Below are positions 1 through 11,616 of a stretch of DNA of 64,000 nucleotides, one piece after another. A model generated the notes under the pieces. That model saw nothing but the letters and a program-made list of their open reading frames with translations. It was not told where the DNA came from and did no database searches. Origin of the DNA: Epiperipatus broadwayi. Its lineage: Eukaryota; Animalia; Onychophora. Location: positions 14,136,001 through 14,200,000 of the forward strand of contig JAQFVV010000008.1 in the NCBI GenBank assembly GCA_028023455.1. The letters run 5' to 3'. A program made the translations under genes and the position numbers. Numbering within the stretch: the stretch's first letter is position 1; every line of letters begins with the position of its first letter.

Positions 1-200
1 CTCTCCAACGAATTGGTCTGCAATGAATGCTCTCCAACGAATTGGTCTGCCACGAAGCTCTCCAACGAATTGGTCTGCAATCTCTCCGCTGAATTGGTCT
101 GTAACGAATGCTCTCCAAAGAATTGGTCTGCCACGAAGCTCTCCAAACGAATTGGTCTGCAACGAAGCTCTTCAACGAATTGGTCTGCAACGAATGCTCT
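1..200. repeat. 28-29 bp minisatellite (CTCTCCAACGAATTGGTCTGCAA(C/T)GAA(T)G) inside the 3' LTR
   Basis: Unit restarts at 1, 30, 58 and so on. It contains the imperfect palindrome CCAA-CGAA-TTGG. Confidence 0.9.
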
Positions 201-867
201 CAATATCTCTGCTGCGGTCTCTTTCAGCTACACCCGTGAACTACATTTCCACTGGGCATTGATCATTAACCGCCAGCACTGACGCGAGATATCTCTACTT
301 AAACACTGCTTACTCAGTACTGCTTGACTGCTCTCTACTGCTCTCTGAGTTACACTGCTTGATGTTACCCAGTCTTCTTATCGCTCTCTGACAACTGCAA
401 TGATCAATCAATGCACTGACCAATAAGGTAACGTCTCTTATCTAGAAACATTTGTAATTAGCAAATATTTTTAGGAATTGTCGATCGCCATTATGTCAAT
501 GCACTAATTAAATTCCTCAGCTATCGGAGCGTGATCTAAAAATAGTCTTACGAATAAATTCTAGTTTTTTCTGGAGTGCACAAACATGTCTGCTATTTTA
601 CAAAACACTCCACACCTCCCTCCACTCCAGAAAAACCCTTGTTGCTATTCCTACTTTCCAGTAATTTCACTAAGAAATGTACGATTTAACTCTGCTGCCG
701 AAACTTTTTCGCCAGTAACCTTCAATGGTGACTGCGCAAGCGTTTTATTTCCAAACTTTTCACTTCCATTGTTAACATTACTAATTGGGATTGACATTTT
801 CACCCGGTTTTTCCATCTACGGCTAAACTTGTAGTTCAACGTATTCGCTACTCCCAGGTTCCAAATG

Positions 868-878
868 CGACTGCGCCA
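868..878 (-). other. Primer-binding site complementary to the tRNA-Ser 3' end
   Basis: Minus strand TGGCGCAGTCG lies 1 nt from the LTR end. From recalled sequence, invertebrate tRNA-Ser(AGA/CGA) ends in ...CGACUGCG-CCA. Confidence 0.75.
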
Positions 879-984
879 ATGTTATATCCGCACTTACAAC
901 TGTACCAATGTTATATCTGCAAGTCATACTGTGTGGTCAGCCAATAACGTTATACAATTCCCACGCTGTTCTTTTCCAATGAGT

Positions 985-1200
985 GCTCTCCAACGAATCG
1001 GTCTGCAACAAAGCTCTCCAACGAATTGGTCTGCAATGAATGCTCTCCAACGAATTGGTCTGCAACGAAGCTCTCCAACAAATTGGTCTGCAATCTCGCC
1101 GCTGAATTGGTCTGCAACAAATGCTCTCCAACGAATTGCCACGAGGTCTGCAATGAAGCTCTCCAATGAATTGGTCTGCAACGAAGTTCTCCAACAAATG
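985..1200. repeat. Same 28-29 bp minisatellite inside the 5' LTR
   Basis: Same unit, with a different order of variant units than in the other LTR. Confidence 0.9.
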
Positions 1201-3498
1201 CTCTCAATATCTCCGCTGCGGTCTCTTTCAGCTACACCCGTGAACTACATTTCCACTGGGCGCTGATCATTAACCGCCAGCACTGACGCGAGATATCTCT
1301 ACTTAAATACTGCTTACTCAGTACTGCTCTACTGCTCTCTATGTTACACTGCTTGATGTTACCCAGTCTTCTTATTGCTCACTGACAACTGCAATGATCG
1401 ATCAATGCACTGACCAATAAGGTAACGTCTCTTATCTAGAAACATTTGTAATTAGCAAATATTTCTAGGAATTGTCGATCGCCATTACGTCAATGCACTA
1501 ATTAAATTCCTCAGCTATCAGAGCGCGATCTAAAAACAGCCTTACGAATAAATTCTAGTTTTTTCTGGAGTGCACAAACATGTCTGCTATTTTACAAAAC
1601 ACTACAAACCTTTTAAAGAATATGTCAATCATATGAATACATTTGCATGCAGTTCTATTTAGTTGAATAATGGTATCTAAACAATAACTCTTTAGCTGCT
1701 GGTAACATCAGATTTTCTCCAACAATATGAAGTTTAAATCAGTTTAGCAGTTATAGAACATCTTATATTAACAGAAGTTGTTCAGAATTGTTTTTTTTTT
1801 TTAACCAAGTTAATTTTATTTTAAATATTCAAGAGATTTGTTCATTAAATATTCATACTTTGATTGAATATGTCTTTTAAGAAAATATTTTATATATGTT
1901 TTGAATAATTCTTTAGAACAAATTACACACTAAAATTGAAATTATTTATTTTCACATCTATTTTAAGTAAAGCTAAATTACAAATAACAAATTATTTATT
2001 TCTGTGTTACCACTACTATTCACTCATTGTCATGATACCTTTTCTTATTGACTTTCTTCAGTTTTCCTCTTTTCAATCACCTTTTTATTTTGAACAAAGT
2101 AATCAATTTTTTAAAAGTAAAAAATATTTACAATTACATATCTTTATCTTTAGAATTCACTTGAATATATATATATGGATATCTTCAAGTAGAAATGAAA
2201 ACCAAAGTGGAAAATATTTAAATATTATATGGGAAAGATAATTTACAGGCATTAAAATAAAATAAATTGTCCATCAATGAATGCTCTTTCTAATTGCATA
2301 TATTGATAGATATATCACCCAGTTGAGAAGGAAAATATACTATTATTTATTTTTATTTTGAGAATTCTTTTGTTTTTATTTTTCATTTTGTAAATTAAAA
2401 AGACTACTAGTTATTTTTTAATCATATATCAAGGTGAAAACTCTTGTTGCAGAAATTAATATTCTTATTCGATACACACACACATTAATCCCTAAACTTA
2501 TTTCTTTCATAACTTATGATAAATTTCACTATATTCAGTACTCTCACTATATGATTCAATTTGGCAAATTTTATTATTCTGAATATGACTAAGATTGAGA
2601 TGATAACTAATTAAATAGCTTATAAATTTAGATAATAATCAGAGTAGCACCCTTTTTTATTCTAATTTGTAGCAAGAATCAAAATATTTAATGGCATATT
2701 CACAAAATGATAAATTATTTTTTGTCATATTGATTTATCCCTTAATCATTTATTACTTCATACCTGTCTTTCTATCTTTGAAGTTTGTATTTAATCAATC
2801 CTGAACTCTTATATAATCTTATAAAAGATTTCAATCTAAGTTTTTAACAAATATTACCAGTCATTATGCAAAAATTATTATAGTAATGTATCAAATTTCT
2901 GTATACGTATTTTATTTTTCTTAACTAACCTGTCAGACACTCTCTTGTTATCCATTTTAAACTTTATGTTTTAAGTCAACTATGTATGAAGAAAAAAATG
3001 AGTATCATTTTTTTGTGATATGTAATTATTTCAGATATGGTGATCATAATGATTTTAGATTTTTCATATCAATTTCTAACCTTGCCATAATGATAATTAG
3101 CACTTTAAAAACTTGAATAATTTGATCATTTTGATGCTAAAAAATATGCTTAAAAAATGAATGATGATACCCAAAACTTGGATTGAATGAAAAGATTTTA
3201 TCTTGAACTGCTGAATTATTTTCATTTTTGAAGAACTTATTGTATAATAGAATAGAGTATTTTTGAACTTGATGTGTTTATGTTGAAATTAATATTTTAA
3301 GGCTAATTATTAATAAAAATTATTTCTTCTTTAGTATATACAGGTCTTAAACTGTCATAAATTCTGTAAAGAATATATACAAATAGTTTATTTAAAATAA
3401 AAAAGATTATACATTGATTAATACACATTAAACTACGTATATTTTTTTATCAAATTCATAATGTAAACATTGTTTTTGAAATATTTTGTTTATTGTAG

Positions 3499-3624
3499 CA
3501 TTACGTTGTAATGAAATACTTCTCATGGGAAATGCATATGATTATTTATTAAATATTCATGAAAAACTTAAAAATAAAGCAAAAAAAAGTCCTGCAGAAG
3601 AAATGACGCTTAAATTATTTAAAG
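3499..3624 (+). CDS. RIG-I-like receptor / DRH helicase, internal exon (end of Hel2i)
   Basis: Flanked by ...ttgtag| and |gtaatt. 126 bp, phase 1-1. Translates to (A)LRCNEILLMGNAYDYLLNIHEKLKNKAKKSPAEEMTLKLFK, which resembles the RIG-I Hel2i segment ALIISEHARMKDALDYL (recalled). Joins the next exon in frame. Confidence 0.75.
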
Positions 3625-4551
3625 GTAATTATTGTAATTATAATATTATAAATAAATTATTTATTTTATATGTACTTTTTTTCTCTCTTTAAATTCTATT
3701 TTCAATGTATTTTTTTTTTAGTTTCTTGAAGATATTTGAATTTTTTTGGCATTAATATGCTGTACTATATATGAATATAGTATTTAAAAATATGGTATTA
3801 TTTTCACACTATTCTCAGCATATTGCATTTTTTGTTTTTTCAATGTAGCTATTACTACTATTAATTTCTTTTCTTTCATTACATTTTTTTTTATTAATCT
3901 CCTACATCCTCCAACCATCTATAATTTTTTTTAATGTATGTTTTTTTTTTAATCTTACATTTAAATTTTTATGATACTTGTGTTGTTTTAACTACTCCAT
4001 GTACTTCTTCAATATTTATAAGTTCACCATCAAATTATTTCTTAAAACAGATTTAATGATGTTTTTACATCAATAATCCACCATATTAAATTTTATTCTA
4101 CAGCCATCTACATAAAGATGACATAGTCAATGGGTAGTAGATGGCAAGATCAATCAGATTAAAACTAGTTTCTAGCTATTGTTTTTCTCCTGTGATGAGT
4201 GCTGGATTGATCATATCTAAAAATAACCTCCTTTACATTTTGAATATATGATTATATAGATCTGATGCTGAATCAACTATTATATATTTTTAAAATTATA
4301 ATAGGTACTTTGACCATTTTGGCAAAAATGAATCAATTTATACTTTATTGACTACTTGCTTTTAAAATGACTTAATTTCAGAATAAACAGTTCATTAATC
4401 TACTTTTCAAATGCAATGTTTTAGTTCATACAATTCATTGTTATGGTTTTTTTCATTTCATCATATTTTATTCAGCCACTTAAGTAATTAAAGCCTATTG
4501 TGATTTAATACTTCATTCTGTGTTTTTTGTGTTGATGACTTAAGAATTTTT

Positions 4552-6154
4552 GGTAATAGTATGTATACTGAACCCGACCGCTTGATGGCATTGTTTTTCA
4601 CACAACCCACATCAATATACTGTTTTAGCAGCCTAACTTATGGCTAACCCTACAACAGTGTTGTTTGAGCCATAGGCTGCCTAGAGGGCAATGTATCCTA
4701 CAATTACATAATGAAATACTATGCCCATTGACCTGCAACAGTATTCCTCAAGTGAGTGCAATTCAACTCTTGCTACAGTTTGGTTTGATGGTGGCTGTAT
4801 TTGAAGGATGCGAAACTATCAAAAAATTCATTGTGGAAAAATTTCAAGAAAGCATAGTGGATTTAGTGTTAAATATTAAGAATTGTCAGGCCATCACACA
4901 TGCTTCCCTATGACTTTGAACTGCACACAACTTGAAAAGGTTAGGGTTTTCAGCAGAGTTCTGCTGAGTTCATGCGCAACGTGTGAATCCGTGTGAGAAC
5001 AGTAAAATGTCGGCGGCAAGTGTTCAAAATTGGTTGAAGGGGAGTGAATTTCCAGCCACAGAAGTTGATGCTGTTGTGTTTTTCAAGAAAGAGAACATCC
5101 TGCCAGATGCGAAGCTATGTGTTTGTGGGAGGAGCATGGTTCTAGTCAACTGCAGGATCCGGGGAATTCCATTGGCACTCCTGCAAGCATACCTGGGGTC
5201 TGCATAAAATCCCATTACTTACAGCTTTGAGACTCATCTCCTATTGGAGTTAAACAAACCGTAACTCCCCCCCCTAAAAAATGTTTTTTAAAAACAAACT
5301 GTTTAAGGCTTTTTGAAAAAGGCAAAAAATAAAGGAAGAACTTTTCATTATCATATAAAAGTTTCGGTAGCATAAATATTAAAAAAAAAACCTCATAAAT
5401 TAAAAATCAAACCAACCCCCCTCTACCCTTTAAAAACCAACTGTTGGTTTATTAAAAATGAATTGATTAATAAGGCTTTCCAAAAAAAAAAAAAAAAAAG
5501 CTCAAAATCAATAAAAAGTCGATAATTTAAAAGCAAACCAATCACCCTCCGATTATTCGTATATTTTGTTAATCTATCTCTTTATTCTATATTCGAACAC
5601 ATTTAAAATTAATATGTGAAATTTCCAGTACATTGGCAAAAGTTATTAAAAGATGAGAATTAAAATTCAAACCAACCCCACTCCACCCTCTAAAAACCAA
5701 GTGTTGGTTTATTAAAATTGAATTGTTTAAGGCTTTAAAAAAGAAACTCAAAATCCAAAATAAGGCGATAATTTAAAAGCAAACCAACCCCCCTCTATCA
5801 TCTAAAAACAAAGTGTTTGTTTATTAAAAAGGAAAAAAAAAGTATGAGTTTTATGTATAGAAAGGGGTAAAAAAAAATTTCTTACCATAGATAGTATTAT
5901 GTAAAGAAACCAATAATTCATAATCAAAAAAAAAAAGTTGATAATTTAAAAGCACCCCCCCCCCTATACCATATAAAAACAAAGTGTTTGTTTATTAAAA
6001 ACCATACAAGTTTTATGTATAGAAAGTGAAAAAAAAAAATTGTTTACCGTAGTATTTTGTAAAGAAACCGATGGCCTGTGAATCGGTATATTGATGTGCA
6101 TTGGGCGAAAAGCAGTGCCATCAAATGGTGGGATTTAGTATACATACTATTACT
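4552..6154 (+). mobile_element. Merlin (IS1016/IS1595-ISXO2-like) DNA transposon, internally deleted
   Basis: About 70-bp imperfect TIRs (GGTAATAGTATGTATACT... / ...AGTATACATACTATTACT). Exact 8-bp TSD GAATTTTT at 4544-4551 and 6155-6162. N-terminal transposase remnant from ATG 5007 (…LPDAKLCVCGRSMVL). Subterminal AAACCAACCCC-type repeats at 5270-6070. Confidence 0.85.
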
Positions 6155-6197
6155 GAATTTTTCTCATTATTTTCCTATTTATGTTTTTATAGTGTTT

Positions 6198-7115
6198 TGT
6201 AATAATGGGTGCTAAGTGGGTGTATATATTTATATATACATTGTATATCTGTAAAACTAAAGTTAAATCTAAAAAGCACTTAGCTAATTAAATAGTTTCG
6301 AATAAAAGATTAGCTATATGGATAGATAATCAATATTAGCATAGAGATTAATCTAAGGTAAAATAAAGAAAGTTATTGCAACTCTGGAATGTTTAGTTCC
6401 TGATCAGATTTAATGATAATGGAAACATTGCTTAAAATAGACAATTGGAATGTTACCCGCATTATCTGATTAGGGTTCGAATATGGGAACTCTAGATATG
6501 GCCCACCGCATGGGCAGCCGATGGCCAATCAAGAGAGTCAATTTAAAACACCGAGGAGTGTGTGAAAAGGAACCAGAACAGAATTGATAGAGTATTCTTG
6601 CTAGGCGAAGTTTCTGAAAGGTAGATGTGCCATTCCATGGGTGCTCCAATCAGGCCCTTCCTTCACTTTAGCCTTGTGGAGAAGTTTACTTCTGGATGTA
6701 TGAAAGTAAACTGAGAAATTTACTTCCGGACGTATGAAAGTAAACTTAGGGACAACACAACAGGAGTATTCTTGCTAGGCGAAGTTTCTGAAAGGTAGAT
6801 GTGCCATTCCATGGGTGCTCCAATCAGGCCCTTCCTTCACTTTAGCCTTGTGGAGAAGTTTACTTCTGGATGTATGAAAGTAAACTGAGAAATTTACTTC
6901 CGGACATATGAAAGTAAACTTAGGGACAACACAACAGGTCTATCAATCTTTAATATTATTTTATATGCCTTCGGGCCCATAATATTATGTTATAATGTAT
7001 CTATATAAAGTATATATAATCAAAATATATATTTGTTAATGTTTTATTTATCTTCGTATATAACCCTCTGTAAATAAAACTGTTGTTTTTAAATTACTTG
7101 CCGTATCATTTCACA
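6198..7115 (+). mobile_element. LTR-like segment (possible solo LTR)
   Basis: Starts TGTAAT and ends AATAAA...TTTCACA. Non-coding, with an internal tandem duplication. No matching TSD was found, so the boundaries are uncertain. Confidence 0.4.
6591..6938. repeat. 174-bp tandem duplication; each unit holds two TTTACTTC(C/T)GGA(C/T)(G/A)TATGAAAGTAAACT hairpin motifs
   Basis: 6591-6764 and 6765-6938 are almost identical (one difference seen). Confidence 0.92.
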
Positions 7116-7672
7116 TTATTCTAGGTATTTGTGTTATTTATATTTGCAATCCAGCAAGCAATAGAGTGCTGCTGGACCCAGAAATTGGCTCAGTCACAGT
7201 AGTGACTACAAACCTCAATGGTCCGAATCCTAAACAATTTGTGCAATTGTCATTTGAGCACAATTAGAGCACTGAGAGCTGAATAGGTCGGCGTCTTACT
7301 TATAGAATTTGTGGAATAACAATTAATGTTTATACAGTTTAGGTAAACTATTATTTACTTTACCTTAACTAACATCTATAGTTTTTATAACACAACCCTC
7401 AAATAATCTCTTGAGGTGTTCAAAATAATAATAAGACTGAGATGGTCTGCTAAAAGTCCTAATTGGCTTGTTGACCTATAGGAGCTCTTGGGAATGAAGT
7501 CCTCCGATGATGATCTTCACTGCTCTTCAACTCGTGGACACAATTCCAGTAGCGATAGAAAAAGCATACACTTTTTTTTTTTTAGCTTTTTATATTCCCC
7601 CTCTCCTTTTGTTTTATCTTATCTTTTCTGGAGTAATTAGATTTAGCGTTTGTTATTGTACAAATAAATTTC

Positions 7673-7841
7673 TCTAAGGAATTTATTTCCATATAAGGTG
7701 CATTTTAAAATCTATACAATTAATTAGTCTCTTAGAAATTTATTTCCATATAATCTAAGTTTTAAGATCTATACAATTAATTAATTTCTTAGGAATTTAT
7801 TTCCATATAAGGTAAGTTTTAAGCTATATACAATTAATTAA
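7673..7841. repeat. About 58-bp tandem repeat x3 (…AATTTATTTCCATATAA…ATACAATTAATTA)
   Basis: Three diverged copies are visible. They probably belong to the LTR of the adjacent retroelement. Confidence 0.75.
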
Positions 7842-9742
7842 TAAATACGTATCTCTGTTATTTTTAAATTTAGTTTAATTTGAACATTTCTTTTATTGAT
7901 TTATTTAGCAGCATTCTTAATTTTATAAAATATTAATTACATATTTTGCACTCCTCACCTTAATCCAGAAAATTGTTTAGGCTTATGTATAATCATTGAA
8001 TTTGGCCGGTCTTCATATATGATGTCTGGGGTCTGGGTGATCTAGTTGTTATTTACCGTCTGATTTGGCATTGATTGCAATTCCTGTTTCCTACTTTTGG
8101 GTTCAATGTTGCTCTCTATTTTATCAGCCGTACTTGGAAGTAAACGTGCTAATTTAATTCACAATTTCCTTCCCATCAACAGTTCTGTCGGAGATTTCCC
8201 TAATAGCTGTTGATGGCATTGAGTGTTGATGCAGCATGGCATTATATATTACTTGCTGCATACTTACATTATTCAATTTTTTTAGGGCTTTTTTTTATTA
8301 TCTGTACGGTTTTTTCAGCAAGGGAATTTGACTCTGGGTGATACAGGGGTGCACATATGTGTTTAATGCCATTATTGACAAAATAGTTTTCCATGTCTTG
8401 TACAGTGAATCTGGCACCGTTGTCGGACATGATGGTCTCTGGTAGACCATGACAAGAAAACACAGCATTTAAGTTTTCAATTATTTCTTTTGCAATCATA
8501 TCTTTTACTATGCAATACTCTGCCCATTTGGAGTATGTATCTGTGAGTATGAGTAGTATTTTGCCGTTTATTGGACCTGAATGGTCTATGTGCACTCTCT
8601 GCCAGGCTTCTGTTGATATTGGCCATGGATCATATTCTTTTGCCTTTATATTCACATTGACAGCATTTTTTGATGTATTGCTCGATGTCATATTTTCGGC
8701 CACCAGATGTAGCTACGAGCTAATACTTTGGCTCACACAATTCTAGGGTGACCCTAGTATAGAAACTTTAACACTTGCTGTCTACTTTCCATTGGTATTA
8801 CTACTTGATCCCCCATTAATCCACACCCTTTATAAGTAGATAATTTGTTGCGGTTTGTCCAGAACCCTGTGACGACATAGTGAGGCTTCAAATCAGGCCA
8901 TCCATTTTTTATCCACCTCATAAGCAGTTTATAACCTTCATCAGCTTTTGTCCAGCTCGCTACTTTTTTACTGTTAAAAATTTCCAATTCCAGTACGTCA
9001 ATGTAGTTTATGCTCACCTCCATGCTGCTTGGTTCTTCTTTATCTGGGATTTGGGACAATGCTTCGGCATGTGAAATCTCTTTGCATTTCTTATATTACA
9101 GTTCGTAATTGTAAGATGACAAGATATTTCTCCAATGCATCATGCGTGGGCTTAAATGATCGAGGACTGACTTGTTGTGGCCCAGGATTCCTTTCAGTGA
9201 CTTGTGGTCAGTTGTTATTTGAATTGGTATGCCGAAAATATATTGATAAAATTTTTTCAGAGCGAAGATAATAGCTAAAGCTTCTTTATCGATCTAACTG
9301 TAGTTTCTACTTTTGAGAAGGTGTGCAATTGTCCATTCCCTTTATAACATCAGGGAGAGAGAGGACCACTCCCATTCTGATGCATCCGTAGTTAAACACA
9401 GTTTTAAATTACTATTAAAGTGTACTAACAATTTACAGATGGACAATAGGGCTTTAGTTTTGGTGAATGTTGTCTCATGAATTTCTAATCATTGCCACTT
9501 TGAATCTTTTCTCAATAAGTTGTGCAATTGTTTTGTTATATTTGCTTTATTCATTTAAAAAGGCTTAAAAAAAATTATCAATCCTAAATACGTCTGTAGT
9601 TGTTTAATGTTTTTAAGTTTCGTCACATTAATATGTACATGTCTTTCTTTTATTTTTAAACTTTGTTTAATTTGATCATTTCTTTTATCAATTTATTTAC
9701 CACCATTCTTAATTTTATAAAATATTAATTATATATTTTGCA
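7840..9742 (-). mobile_element. pol: Decayed, internally deleted Ty3/Gypsy (Mag-like) retrotransposon: RNase H and integrase remnants between LTR-like repeats
   Basis: Integrase ORF 8269-8703 (WQRVHIDHSGP, TIMSDNG, LYHPESNSLAEKTVQ). RNase H-like LTTDASEWG and TTDHKSLKGILG at about 9150-9410. Direct repeat about 7840-7950 vs 9590-9742. PPT AGGTGAGGAG at 7951-7960 (minus). Confidence 0.8.
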
Positions 9743-10271
9743 GATATTACATATGAAACCATAAATTCTTGAAATATAATATGTAATTTTACTGTCAGAA
9801 AAGTTTTCATCTTAATTATAGAGTTGAGCATTTTTAAGATCTGAAAAATTGAAACTAAATTAAAAACTATTTGGTAATTTAATTCTTTCTCTATATTTTT
9901 TGATTTCCTGCTGATTTTTATTATTATTACCAAAATCTATTCACAGAATTTTCTTAATTCTTTTTTGAAATCAAGACTCTTCCATTGGGAGCCATGTATG
10001 TTAATTTAATGTTTTTAACAGACAAGTAGATGTGCAACTTTCAAGTTATTGGAAATTTATAAATATTCATCAGCTTCAAACAACATTGATAACAATTCAA
10101 AATTAAGTATTTTAGCAGCATTAAATGAATTTTCATTCCTTATAGCAGAGATGCCAAAACTCAGTAAGTCTGTCTTCTATGAATAACAATCAACTCCATT
10201 TTACTTTTTTATTATTGTTGCAACTAATTTTTAATTGTTAATTTAGAGAGATAATAGATTGACAAATTTCT

Positions 10272-10375
10272 GATAATGTTACTGAAAATTAAACAAACAT
10301 AATGTATCAAGAACGAATGATACTGTCCATTTATTCTTGATACATAATGTCTGTTTAATTTACAGTATCATTATC
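10272..10375. repeat. Short hairpin, about 42-bp arms with a 20-bp loop
   Basis: GATAATGTTACTGAAAATTAAACAAACATAATGTATCAAGAA vs TTCTTGATACATAATGTCTGTTTAATTTACAGTATCATTATC, 4 mismatches. Confidence 0.75.
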
Positions 10376-11210
10376 AAAAATTTGATTGAATTTGACAACC
10401 ATCAATAAACATGAGATTTAATACAAACACTGTGCTGTGTCTATCTATGCTTTGAGTAAAGAAAAATTGAAATAAATCCACAATTTGTCCTTTCTTTAAA
10501 TTAACAATTAAGCAGCAATAATAAAAAAAGCTGAATATAAATTACAGTTGAATTCTCAGCCTTGAAGAAATGACTGAAACTATTAAAAAGTTTTTAATAA
10601 TGATAATGGAAAAAAAAGTAGTAAGAAATCAAATAATGTAAAGAAGGGATTAAATAGCAATAAATTTCCATTAGAGTTTATAGAATCCTCGTTTTTTCAT
10701 TATAAGTTTAATATTAAAGCAGCATCAATTATTAAAAATAATTTTTTGAAATATTTTTGGTTTATAATAAAAAAATTCATTGCCTGAATAGGTTTTACTT
10801 TACCTATATTTAGTATTGGAAACTTTACTTCTTCTGTCTTGATATTTAATTCCACATTGAAATTTTATGAAAATTTTTTATTAATATAATTATTTGATAC
10901 TCAACCATTCAGATAAATAAAAATTATGAGAAAATAGTCTAGATTTTTTATTAAGGTTTAATAGTGATCATTGTAGAGTGTTCCCAGTCCAATTTCTCAT
11001 TAATTGTCATCTTTTTTAAACAATTCCAGTAGTTTCTTTAACTTTGTCCTATTGCACAAACAATCCTTACTATGGTTTGTAGACCAGTGTTTATATATTT
11101 AATTGGATTTATCTTTAGTGTTTCTTGATCTGCTCCAAAATAACTCTGGAATCTTATTATAAACTTCCTTTTCAATGTAAGTGCAATTTACTAATCAAGT
11201 GTTTCAAATC

Positions 11211-11616
11211 ATTCTCTACCTAATAAATAATACAAAAACTGTCAGATAATGAAAAGTATTCTTCACATATAAAGTGTGATAAACAGAGTCACTAAAATTG
11301 AAAAAACATTAATCACAAAAACTATTTGCCAATCGCTTTCAGTACCGAAGGCACTTGGCAAATAGTTTTTTGTGATTAATGTTTTTTGAATTTTAGCAAC
11401 TCTGTTTATCACATATTTATGTCACCATGATTCTGGTAACAAAAGCGCTTGGCAAATAATTTTTTCTGATTAATGTTTTTTGAATTTTAGCTACTCTGTT
11501 TGTCATATGTCGCCATGTCTCTGGTATATGGTACTAAAAGTGCTTGGCAAATAGTTTTTTGTGATTAATGATTTTGAATGTTAGCTACTCTGTGAAGAAT
11601 AATTCTCTACCTAATA
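11211..11616 (-). mobile_element. Penelope-like/retrozyme-type inverted-repeat insertion #1
   Basis: 15-bp direct repeat ATTCTCTACCTAATA at 11211-11225 and 11602-11616. 31-bp tail at 11226-11256. One inverted copy and three tandem copies of a ~90-bp unit, with termini TATTCTTCACA / TGTGAAGAATA. Confidence 0.65.

Larger units (their letters stand above)
1..1606 (-). mobile_element. Non-autonomous LTR retrotransposon (TRIM-like): 5' LTR 880-1606, 267-bp internal region 613-879, 3' LTR <1-612 (runs off the window)
   Basis: About 190-612 is a near-identical direct repeat of about 1195-1606. On the minus strand the 5' LTR reads TGTAG...ATAACA, followed by the PBS TGGCGCAGTCG. A purine tract GGAGTGGAGGGAGGTG precedes the 3' LTR. 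No pol domains are present. The left end and TSD are outside the window. Confidence 0.85.

Noticed and set aside
1-1200. 28-29 bp repeats as a CRISPR array, and the ORFs overlapping them (13-282, 23-262, 865-1266, 924-1207)
   Set aside because: The units are contiguous with no unique spacers, no cas genes are present and the context is eukaryotic. The ORFs arise from stop-free tandem repeat sequence.
1620-3498. Upstream RLR exons (Hel1/Hel2i)
   Set aside because: No segment with suitable splice sites and RLR-like translation was found. These exons are presumably left of the window.
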